A stretch of DNA of 53,499 nt from NCBI GenBank assembly GCA_039933515.1, contig JBDTNY010000092.1:1-53499 (forward strand), in the 5' to 3' direction. Of this stretch, positions 46,035-53,499 are shown in pieces (the first letter of the stretch is position 1; each line of letters opens with the position of its first letter). The stretch is from Actinomycetota bacterium (lineage in GTDB: Bacteria; Actinomycetota; UBA4738; HRBIN12). The notes beneath the pieces were generated by a model that was not told where the DNA came from, made no database searches, and was given only the letters and a program-made list of their open reading frames with translations. The position numbers were made by a program, and so were the translations under genes.

Positions 46035-46169
46035 TCAGCGAGCGGTCTTCTTGCGTGAGACCTTCTTGCGGGAGATCTTCTTCTGGCTGATCCGGGCGAC
46101 GGACTTGTCGTCGCTAGCCGTCTTCGCCTTGTCCGCGGGCTCCTTCGGCGTGACCTGCTTCTCGGCCAT
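46035..46169 (-). CDS. 44-aa Lys/Arg-rich microprotein with pentapeptide repeats
   Basis: MAEKQVTPKEPADKAKTASDDKSVARISQKKISRKKVSRKKTAR; GGGAGGGG RBS; GC3-rich codons; downstream palindrome. Confidence 0.7.
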   Translation of the reverse strand: MAEKQVTPKEPADKAKTASDDKSVARISQKKISRKKVSRKKTAR

Positions 46170-46465
46170 CTCGGCACCCCTCCCTTTCGGGTCCCGCAGG
46201 GGGACCCATCGTCGGTGGCTCGAGCCTCGCACGAATGGGATGCCGGAGCGGTGCCCTGGGTCACCGATCCGCCGTGTTCCGTGTCACACGCCGCTCAGTG
46301 ACGTGGGTCACCAGGTCAGCACTCTCACTTCCGCCCTGGAGAGTTCAATGCTCAAGATCCCGGCATGACAGTCCGGTGGACCCTCGCCGGTTGTGGTCGC
46401 GCCGAGCTCGAGGATGAGGCCGAAGCCGCGTGGTGAGTTAGCGAGCGCGGAGAGTCAAGCCCTAT

Positions 46466-46672
46466 TCAGTGGCGATGATTCCAGAACACGAGCGCGATGG
46501 TGCCGCCCGCGATCGTGCCGAGAGCAGCGCCGATGATGGCCGAGAGCCCCACCTGCAAACAGTCCATCTCGAAGCAGTCCGCGAAGAGCCAATGCTCACC
46601 CACCGCCTGGCCGGCGATCCAGCCGCAGCCGAAGCCGATCGCAGCACCCACGAGGGCGACCAAGAACCTCAC
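46466..46672 (-). CDS. Small two-TM membrane protein
   Basis: Two Gly/Ala-rich hydrophobic helices around a C-x4-C loop. Confidence 0.55.
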   Translation of the reverse strand: MRFLVALVGAAIGFGCGWIAGQAVGEHWLFADCFEMDCLQVGLSAIIGAALGTIAGGTIALVFWNHRH

Positions 46673-46812
46673 GAGCGGCGCCGGATCACGACCCCTCGGC
46701 GCCGAGGTCGTCGAGCGACCACGGACCTGCGCCCCACCGCCGGGTCGTCAGGCATCGCCAGGCGGGTGGCGCGGCCCTGCGGCGGGTCCGACGGCATCGG
46801 AGGCAGCCACCC

Positions 46813-47184
46813 TCACCCATCCTCGGCCCGAGCCTGTCTCAACTTCCGCCATGGGGCTACGCCGTCCACCTCGACGTCGATCGCGATGCTCAGTCCGATC
46901 CGGACGACCACGATGATGCCGAGCGCGGCGGCGCTGCTGAGCGTCGGTTCGACGACGATGGTCCTGACGATGTCGGCGACGACCAGCACCTCGAGGCCGA
47001 GCAAGATCGCGCGTCCCAGGGAGGCGCGAAGAGTCTTGAAGGCGCCGAGCCGCTCGGTGCCTCGCACCAAACCCAGCGCGTAGCCAACGAACGCCACGAC
47101 GCTCCCGACGATCAGGATCACGACGCCGACGATCTCGAACACCTTGACCGCGTCGGAGATCAGCGCGTGGTAGCTGAGATCCAT
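46813..47184 (-). CDS. DUF1622-family membrane protein
   Basis: LGRAILLGLEVLVVADIVRT...LGIIVVVRIGLS...EVDG..PW. Confidence 0.85.
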   Translation of the reverse strand: MDLSYHALISDAVKVFEIVGVVILIVGSVVAFVGYALGLVRGTERLGAFKTLRASLGRAILLGLEVLVVADIVRTIVVEPTLSSAAALGIIVVVRIGLSIAIDVEVDGVAPWRKLRQARAEDG

Positions 47185-47310
47185 GGAGGGCACCCTACCT
47201 GCGAGCCGCTGTTAGCGCTGCCCTGAGCGACCCAGATCAAGCTGCTGATCCAGGCGGCGAGCTGGCCGGTATCGCCCGCCAAGCCTGGGTTTCCGTTTCC
47301 GCAGGTCAGC

Positions 47311-47366
47311 TGGTGTCGGAAAGAGGATTTGGACCCCTACGCCCGCAAAGGGCACTAGGCCCTCAA
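47311..47366 (-). repeat. Displaced degenerate 3' part of tRNA-Leu (att site)
   Basis: Direct repeat of 50029-50085 with 3 substitutions and one deletion; ends in the anticodon loop. Confidence 0.88.
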
Positions 47367-47675
47367 GGTAGCCAGCGGGTACGGGGGCGTACGGGTCGGT
47401 CCGCGTTCGTGCTGGTCAGTGCGGGTTTCGGGCGGGCCGGTGACTCGCCACGTTCGGGCTGGGGTCGAGCTGCGGGCCAAATTTGGGCCGAATTCGAAGG
47501 GGCTACCGCGGCCGGCCGAAGAACCTCACGATCGCGTCGTACTGGCTCGACGTGGGCGGCTTCGCGCCGGGTCTCGATCGCCACGTAGTCGCGTCGGGTG
47601 TCCCATGAGACCCTCCGGCCTGTGGAGACAAGGAGCGAGCTTCCGCCAGGCGACATCGGGAGCCAACCCTCGGCG

Positions 47676-48281
47676 TCATGCGGGGGGTTCGGCGCGAGCC
47701 TTCCCCGGCTCCGTCACGGCGAGCAAGTAGGCCCCGAACACGACCCAGGCTAAACCGAAGATGAGGATGCCACCGCCGTAGCCCAACAACGGGAAGGACA
47801 CCGCACCGACCACGAGCGTCCACGCACACCACCGAGGCACCCCGCGGACCCGCGTAAGAGCCAGCGCGAAGAGGATCACCGACGGGATGGCAATCAATCC
47901 CCCCAGCGTGTAAGGCGGCAACCCCAACGGGGAACTCTCGATCATGTGGCTGACCACGCAATGCTCGATCAGGTTCACGGTCCCGGCGATAGCGAAGCCG
48001 AGCGCGGCGCTGAGCGCTGGCAAGCTGAGCCATCTCCTCGCATCCGCCCGAAACGCGAAGAAGAGCGAGAGCAGCACGGAGGCCAGTCCGAGCATCGCGA
48101 TGGTGTCCACGGCATTCATCAGGTAGCCGTTGGTCGAGTCGCATGACCAGTCGTTGGAGAACGAGAATCGCTCACGGGCGTCGAACACCACCCAGGCGAC
48201 ACCGGCAGCGATGGATAGGGCCCCGGTGCCGCGCCACACCTGAGGCGTGTCCGAATCCGTCCAATGCTGCGCCCCGATCAC
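47676..48281 (-). CDS. Hypothetical multi-TM membrane protein (island cargo); start uncertain
   Basis: About 6 hydrophobic segments. Confidence 0.6.
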   Translation of the reverse strand: MIGAQHWTDSDTPQVWRGTGALSIAAGVAWVVFDARERFSFSNDWSCDSTNGYLMNAVDTIAMLGLASVLLSLFFAFRADARRWLSLPALSAALGFAIAGTVNLIEHCVVSHMIESSPLGLPPYTLGGLIAIPSVILFALALTRVRGVPRWCAWTLVVGAVSFPLLGYGGGILIFGLAWVVFGAYLLAVTEPGKARAEPPA

Positions 48282-48705
48282 CCGTCGATCCAAATTAGAC
48301 TCTCGGGCTCGTCGCCTGTGACGGCACCAGCGATGCACATCATTTGAGTTCGCGCACCCATCCTTACCTTACGCCCAGTACGCTCTGGGATAGCGTCACG
48401 GCGAACGCGACCACTCCGGGTGATCCACACCGTAGGAGTGGAGCCAGCGATGTGAACGGGAGAAGCTCGCTCGCTCGGCCACGGCGAGCCGGCGCTGGAG
48501 CGCCCTTAGGAGCCGCGTCCGTACCACGCGGTCGTCGGCCAAGGCGAGGAGGGTGGCGAGGTCGGCTGCAGCGGGTCGGACGATCAGGGCGCGACGGTCA
48601 CGGTCGCATCGGATAATCGTCGGGCGCATGGCCACTGCGCTACCGTACTCCCTAGGCCGTGCCCGGGGACCGGTCCGGGCCGCCAGACCTGCTGGTTGGG
48701 ATTGG

Positions 48706-49254
48706 CTACGCCGCGTGCACTTCCGCACACCCCGCCACTCCGGCGGCTGCGGTTGCCCGTTCCAGTTGAGGCTGAACGTCGTGGAGACCGTTGGTGGCTT
48801 CGACGAATGCATCGGCATCGTCACTCTTTGCCGCGGCGACCTGATCTGCGTTGAGCTGCGCAATCGCGCCCACGGCGTTGAGCACATCGGTCCACGCCTC
48901 GCGGCCCGTCGGGGGGGTGCCGAGGGCGGTCAAGTCATCGCGCCACGCATCGAACGTGGGACCGACCTCGTCCTCCAGCCACGTTCCGACCTCGGGGAAG
49001 GCAGAGGGGTCCGGGTGGTTCGGATCGAAGTCCGGAGCCGGCAACGCGCTCCAATCGTCCTTCGACTCGATGGCCGACTCACACACCGAGAGGGCCCGTG
49101 CCGCGAACGCATCTCCGACGCCCGAGGATGCCTGGCTTCCCGTCACCTGTTCGTCAGGGTCGCTGCAGCCTGCGATGGCGATCGAGGCGATCAACGTGAG
49201 AACCGCCATAGCGGGGGCTCGTGATGCGATGGAGGTGCCTCCGGAGCGAGACAT
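48706..49254 (-). CDS. Hypothetical lipoprotein (island cargo)
   Basis: Lipobox IAGC; TAGGGT 6 nt before ATG. Confidence 0.7.
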   Translation of the reverse strand: MSRSGGTSIASRAPAMAVLTLIASIAIAGCSDPDEQVTGSQASSGVGDAFAARALSVCESAIESKDDWSALPAPDFDPNHPDPSAFPEVGTWLEDEVGPTFDAWRDDLTALGTPPTGREAWTDVLNAVGAIAQLNADQVAAAKSDDADAFVEATNGLHDVQPQLERATAAAGVAGCAEVHAA

Positions 49255-49599
49255 GGTGCGACCCTACATGGGATCGCGCCGAGGTCGAAGCGTGGGCCGA
49301 GCGGGAGTGGTGGGGCAAGCGCCCGTGGCGGGTGAGACCGAGCTAGGCGGCGACCCGTGATCGGTGCGCCGCGACCCGACACCGACCTGAGCAGAACAGC
49401 GCGTCACGTCGTTGACGCCACGAAAGGAGCGTGCCGCAGTGACCGCAGGACGTGCTCGCAGGCTCAGGCGTCGGAGCCGTTACATCGAGCCCGTCGAGGA
49501 TATCCGGCGGTTCCGCCCGGCCTTCGGGGTCTCACCCGCGATGGAGATCCGCCAGGCCGCGATGCGGACCTCCGGGCGCTCGCTGAGGCTCGCTTCGAG

Positions 49600-49939
49600 T
49601 AGGTCACCGTCTACCGGAAGGTCGTGTAGGAATGTCGGCGAGGCATACACAGACCTCGGCCTGGTGTTCGCCGACGACATCGGCGACCCCTTGCGCGCCC
49701 CGCTTCGATCTCGGCGACCTTCAAGCGGCACGTCGCCGCGGCGAAGCTCCCGCCAATCAACTTCACGGCCTGAGGCATCGTTCGCGACGGTCGACCTCGA
49801 TGCCGGTGTCGACGTGCTGTACGTCGCGGAAGTGCTGGGGCACTCCTCCAGCGCCATCACCCAGGGGATCTACCAGCACACCCGGACAGACCGAAAGGTC
49901 GAGGCTGTTAGCCAGATCGGGGCCGCAATCTTCGGGTAG
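49600..49939 (+). pseudogene. Tyrosine recombinase/integrase C-terminal remnant (frameshifted)
   Basis: GLVFADDIGDPL, then HGLRH in another frame (~49764-49780), then SFAT...AGVDVLYVAEVLGHSSSAITQGIYQH (LGH and catalytic Tyr); N-terminus missing. Confidence 0.85.
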
Positions 49940-50028
49940 TTCGCAACGAGCGGGCAGACAACCGGCAGACAGAGGCCCCCGGAGCCTCAAGCGGGTTCCA
50001 CGGGCTTCTTGTGTTTTCGCAGGTCAGG

Positions 50029-50118
50029 TGGTGTCGGAGAGGGGATTTGAACCCCTACGCCCCGCAAAGGGCACTAGGCCCTCAACCTAGCGCGTCTACC
50101 AAGTTCCGCCACTCCGAC
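50029..50118 (-). tRNA. tRNA-Leu(GAG) with encoded CCA
   Basis: GTCGGAG...CTCCGAC-ACCA; anticodon arm CTAGG-TTGAGGG-CCTAG; long variable arm; TAGAAT upstream. Confidence 0.96.
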
Positions 50119-50154
50119 GTGGTGCGGAATTCTACCAACCCGCTGCCGGCGCCC

Positions 50155-50382
50155 TTACGGGGTCCACTTCCACGAGAGCCAGAACGTGCACAGACCGAAG
50201 ATGACGGCGGAGAACACCGTGAAACGGTCGAGCTTGCGCTCAAGGCCGGTGCCGCCGGACAGGGTCGAACCACCACCGAACATGTCGGATAGGCCGCTCC
50301 CCCGCCCCGAGTGCAGCAGGATCGTGGCGATCAGGAAGAGCGCGGACAAGACATCGATAACGATCACGACGGTGTTCAGCAT
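50155..50382 (-). CDS. secG: Preprotein translocase subunit SecG
   Basis: ILLHSGRGSGLSDMFGGG...ERKLDRFT; two TMs; upstream of tRNA-Leu. Confidence 0.93.
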   Translation of the reverse strand: MLNTVVIVIDVLSALFLIATILLHSGRGSGLSDMFGGGSTLSGGTGLERKLDRFTVFSAVIFGLCTFWLSWKWTP

Positions 50383-50399
50383 GCGTACGTGGCTCCCGG

Positions 50400-51455
50400 T
50401 CAGTCGCTCGAAGCCATGATGCTACGGTCCTCGAGCGGGAAGTGACACGCGGCGAGCTGCCCCGAGGTCTGCCGCTCCAGGAGGGGGATCTCCTCCTTGC
50501 AGCGTGGGAACTGCGCATTGGGGCAGCGAGGATGGAACCGGCACCCCGACGGCGGGTCGATCGGCGAGGGGACGTCGCCTTCGAGCACGATGCGCTTGCG
50601 CGCGCGTGCCGCCTTCGGATCCGCGACCGGAACAGCCGATAGGAGCGCGCCGGTGTACGGGTGCTTCGGGTTCTCGTACAGGGTCGCCCCGTCGGCGATC
50701 TCGACGATCTTGCCCAGGTACATCACGGCCACACGGTCTGAGACGTGCTTGACCACGGACAGGTCGTGCGCGATGAACAGATAGGTCAGGTTGAACTCGT
50801 CCTGGAGGTCCTCGAGCAGGTTCAGGATCTGCGCCTGGATCGACACGTCGAGCGCCGAGACCGGCTCATCGCACACGATCAGCTTCGGCCGGAGCGCGAG
50901 TGAGCGTGCCACGCCGATGCGCTGGCGCTGGCCGCCCGAGAATTCGTGGGGGTAGCGGTTGTAGTGCTCGGGGTTGAGGCCCACCAGCTCCATCAGCTGT
51001 TGGACCTCGCCCTTGATCTTGTTCTTCGGCACTGTCCCGTGCAGCTGGAACGGAGCCCCGATGATCGACCCGACGGTCTTGCGCGGGTTCAGCGACGCAT
51101 ACGGGTCTTGGAAGATCATCTGCATGTCACGCCGGAGCGCACGCAGCTCGCCGCGCCGCAGCTCGGTGATGTCGTTGCCCTCGAACCAGATCCGGCCCTC
51201 GGTCGGGTCGAACAGGCGCATCACGACGCGCGCGAGGGTGGACTTCCCGCATCCGGTCTCCCCGACCAGCCCGAGCGTCTCCCCCGGGTATACCTCGAGG
51301 TCGACACCGTCGACCGCGTGCACGTCGCCGACATGATGCTGCAACAGGATCCCCTGGGTGATCGGGAAGAACTTCTTGAGGCCCTCGATCCGGATGAGCG
51401 GCTCCCGTTTCGGGGGCTGGGGCGGCTGCGTCTGCTCGTTCACCTCGACACTCAT
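50400..51455 (-). CDS. Oligopeptide/dipeptide ABC transporter ATP-binding subunit (OppF/DppF)
   Basis: [34 protein letters not shown]. Confidence 0.94.
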   Translation of the reverse strand: MSVEVNEQTQPPQPPKREPLIRIEGLKKFFPITQGILLQHHVGDVHAVDGVDLEVYPGETLGLVGETGCGKSTLARVVMRLFDPTEGRIWFEGNDITELRRGELRALRRDMQMIFQDPYASLNPRKTVGSIIGAPFQLHGTVPKNKIKGEVQQLMELVGLNPEHYNRYPHEFSGGQRQRIGVARSLALRPKLIVCDEPVSALDVSIQAQILNLLEDLQDEFNLTYLFIAHDLSVVKHVSDRVAVMYLGKIVEIADGATLYENPKHPYTGALLSAVPVADPKAARARKRIVLEGDVPSPIDPPSGCRFHPRCPNAQFPRCKEEIPLLERQTSGQLAACHFPLEDRSIMASSD

Positions 51456-52465
51456 CGTTTCGCGAGCACCTCCTGCTGGGCGATGCGCTCCTTGTCGGCC
51501 AGGCTCAGGTGGCACGCCGAGGCATGGTGGCCATCGGAGGGCAACAGGGGCGGCACGTCGGTTCTGCACACGTCCATGACGTAAGGGCACCGGGGGTGGA
51601 ACGAACAGCCAGGGGGCACGTTGATCAGCGAGGGCGGCAGTCCACGGATCGGGTTCAGACGCTCCTTGCCGGACCCGTGCATGCTGGGGATCGAACCGAG
51701 CAGCCCCCACGTGTACGGGTGGTGCGGCTGGTAGTAGATGTCGTCGGTATTGCCGAACTCCACGGCCTTACCGGCGTACATCACCTGGATGTTGTCACAG
51801 TGCTCGGCCACCACGCCAAGGTCGTGCGTGATGATGATCACAGCCGCGTTGAACTCATCCTTCAGCCGGTCGATCAGGTCCAGGATCTGCGCCTGCACGG
51901 TCACGTCGAGGGCCGTGGTCGGCTCGTCGGCGATCAGCAGATCCGGGTTCAGCGCGAGCGCCATCGCGATCATCGCCCGTTGGCGCATGCCGCCCGAGAA
52001 CTCGTGTGGGAACTGCTTGGCGCGCTCTTCGGGCCGCGGGATGTTGACCTTCGAGAGCATCTCGACGGCGAGTTGCGAGGCCTCCTTCCTGCTGACGTTC
52101 TGGTGCTGGAGGATCGCCTCGGAGATCTGGTCGCCCACTCGGTAGAAGGGGTGCAAAGAAGTCATCGGGTCCTGGAAGATCATCGAGATCTTCGCGCCCC
52201 GGATCGTCCGCATCTCGTCGGAGGGGAGCTTCAACAGATCCTGGCCCTGGAAGAACACCTCGCCCGATATCTTCGCCTGTGAGGAGTCGATCAGTCCCAT
52301 CACCGTGAGCGAGCTGACGCTCTTGCCCGAGCCCGACTCCCCCACGATCCCGAGCGTCTCGCCCGGCTGGACCGAGTAGGAGACGCCGTCGACGGCTTTC
52401 ACGACGCCGTCGTCGGTGTGGAAGTGCACCTTGAGGTCCTTGACTTCCAGCAGTGGCTCGGCCAC
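51452..52465 (-). CDS. Oligopeptide/dipeptide ABC transporter ATP-binding subunit (OppD/DppD)
   Basis: GESGSGKS, FPHEFSGGMRQR, ADEPTTALDVT. Confidence 0.94.
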   Translation of the reverse strand: MAEPLLEVKDLKVHFHTDDGVVKAVDGVSYSVQPGETLGIVGESGSGKSVSSLTVMGLIDSSQAKISGEVFFQGQDLLKLPSDEMRTIRGAKISMIFQDPMTSLHPFYRVGDQISEAILQHQNVSRKEASQLAVEMLSKVNIPRPEERAKQFPHEFSGGMRQRAMIAMALALNPDLLIADEPTTALDVTVQAQILDLIDRLKDEFNAAVIIITHDLGVVAEHCDNIQVMYAGKAVEFGNTDDIYYQPHHPYTWGLLGSIPSMHGSGKERLNPIRGLPPSLINVPPGCSFHPRCPYVMDVCRTDVPPLLPSDGHHASACHLSLADKERIAQQEVLAKR

Positions 52466-53436
52466 TACGTGTACCTCACTCTCGGGTCGAGGAACGCATA
52501 CGTGACGTCGACGACCAGGTTCGCCACCGCGATGAACAGGGCGCCCACGATCGTCACCCCCATCACGACCGGGAAGTCGTTCGTCGCGATCGATTGGACC
52601 GCCCACTGGCCGATGCCCGGCATCGCGAAAAGCGTCTCGGTGATGAAGGCGCCGCCGAGCAGGGCACCGACATCGAGCCCGAGCATCGTGACGACCGGCG
52701 TCAGCGCGCCGCGCAGTCCGTGCTTGTAGATGACCCGTCGCTCGGGGAGCCCCTTGGCTCGCGCGGTGCGGATGTAGTCGTCACCCATCGTCTCGATCAG
52801 GTTCCCGCGCACCATCCGGGCGTAGAACGCGGCGGACGTGAACGCCAGCGTGATCCAGGGGAGGATGAACTTGCCCTGCGCGATGGACTCCCAGATCGTG
52901 GCGTTGATCTCGAGACCCGATTTTGGCGCCCATCTGAGCTTGAACCAGAAGGCGTACAGCAGCAGCTGTCCGAGCCAGAACACCGGCATCGACACGCCGA
53001 CGAGCGCGAACAGCATGCCAGCCCGGTCCCAGAAGGACCCTCGTTTGACTGCCGAGATGATGCCGATGGGGATGCCCATCGCCAGCCAGATGAAGGCGGC
53101 GCCCACGGCCAGCGTGATCGTCACCGGAAGCCGACGGAAGAGCTCCTCCTTCACCGAAACGAAGTTGCCATAGGAGTAGTACACGTTCTCGTCGAGGAAC
53201 CAGCCGGGGATCGGCACGAGGCCGCGCGCGAACCGGCCGTATTGCACGTATAGAGGCTTGTCGAGGCCGAACGCCACGCGAGCGGCTTCGATCTGCTGGG
53301 GCGTCGTGGAGCGTCCGACCGCACGGCGCGCAGGGTCCCCGGCGGGGAGCTTCACGAAGATCAGGAACGTCAAGAGCGAGACGATGAAGAGCACCAGCAC
53401 CATGAACAGCACCCTGCGGACCAGATACCTGCCCAT
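52465..53436 (-). CDS. Oligopeptide/dipeptide ABC transporter permease (OppB/DppB)
   Basis: YLVRR, PAGDPA, DYIRTARAKGL EAA-like loop, LDPRVR. Confidence 0.94.
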   Translation of the reverse strand: MGRYLVRRVLFMVLVLFIVSLLTFLIFVKLPAGDPARRAVGRSTTPQQIEAARVAFGLDKPLYVQYGRFARGLVPIPGWFLDENVYYSYGNFVSVKEELFRRLPVTITLAVGAAFIWLAMGIPIGIISAVKRGSFWDRAGMLFALVGVSMPVFWLGQLLLYAFWFKLRWAPKSGLEINATIWESIAQGKFILPWITLAFTSAAFYARMVRGNLIETMGDDYIRTARAKGLPERRVIYKHGLRGALTPVVTMLGLDVGALLGGAFITETLFAMPGIGQWAVQSIATNDFPVVMGVTIVGALFIAVANLVVDVTYAFLDPRVRYT

Positions 53437-53465
53437 CTCGCCCTCGCTCGCTCGGTCGGGAGGAG

Positions 53466-53491
53466 GAAGGGGCCGCCGGAGCGGCCCCTTC
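53466..53491. terminator. Intercistronic hairpin upstream of the permease
   Basis: GAAGGGGCCGC-CGGA-GCGGCCCCTTC, 11-bp stem. Confidence 0.55.
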
Positions 53492-53499
53492 GCTCATCG

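Larger units (their letters stand above)
47311..50085. mobile_element. Decayed tRNA-Leu-integrated genomic island (~2.8 kb)
   Basis: Bounded by tRNA-derived direct repeats; tyrosine integrase remnant next to the tRNA. Confidence 0.8.

Noticed and set aside
47311-47366. Second functional tRNA-Leu
   Set aside because: Only the 3' part is present and it carries T-arm mutations; it is an att remnant.
48396-49224. ORFs 48396-48887 (-) and 48553-49224 (+)
   Set aside because: They overlap the better-supported lipoprotein gene and show no recognisable features.
1-53499. CRISPR array, rRNA, IS element or prophage structural genes
   Set aside because: No regularly spaced repeats, rRNA signatures, transposase or phage structural motifs were seen on reading the window.

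Overview
High-GC core-chromosome segment from an Actinomycetota bacterium, probably outside the well-studied Actinomycetia because gcvP is split into gcvPA/gcvPB (inference). The left part (1-11014) is almost all + strand: cmk-der-tRNA-Pro-pgsA-gcvH-FHA(GarA-like)-MerR-DD-carboxypeptidase-hpt-DUF151 nuclease-(CAP, -)-MerR-PD-(D/E)XK-like protein-gcvPA-gcvPB. The right part is mostly - strand: Lnt-Ppm1 fusion, DUF4193, amidohydrolase, HelY, Tat, the full Pup-proteasome locus (trmI-arc-dop-pup-prcBA-pafA-pafBC), HtrA, a Rieske oxygenase, an ABC-F, secG and opp genes. The strand switch coincides with a 28-bp dif-like site (11071-11098), so this is probably the replication terminus. The most unusual element is a stand-alone, minimal (~249 aa) reverse transcriptase (15584-16333, -). 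It has intact catalytic Asp residues, a WVDD motif and no thumb domain, and sits among housekeeping genes with no visible retron, intron, DGR or CRISPR context. About 1.6 kb downstream is a promoter-driven ~105-nt structured RNA candidate (13885-13991). Other observations: a decayed tRNA-Leu-integrated island with an integrase pseudogene, a leaderless Met-Ser-stop uORF in front of the ABC-F gene, a Lys/Arg-repeat microprotein, two sigma28/WhiG-like promoters and pervasive leaderless gene architecture. All calls are made by eye from motifs; no database searches were run.
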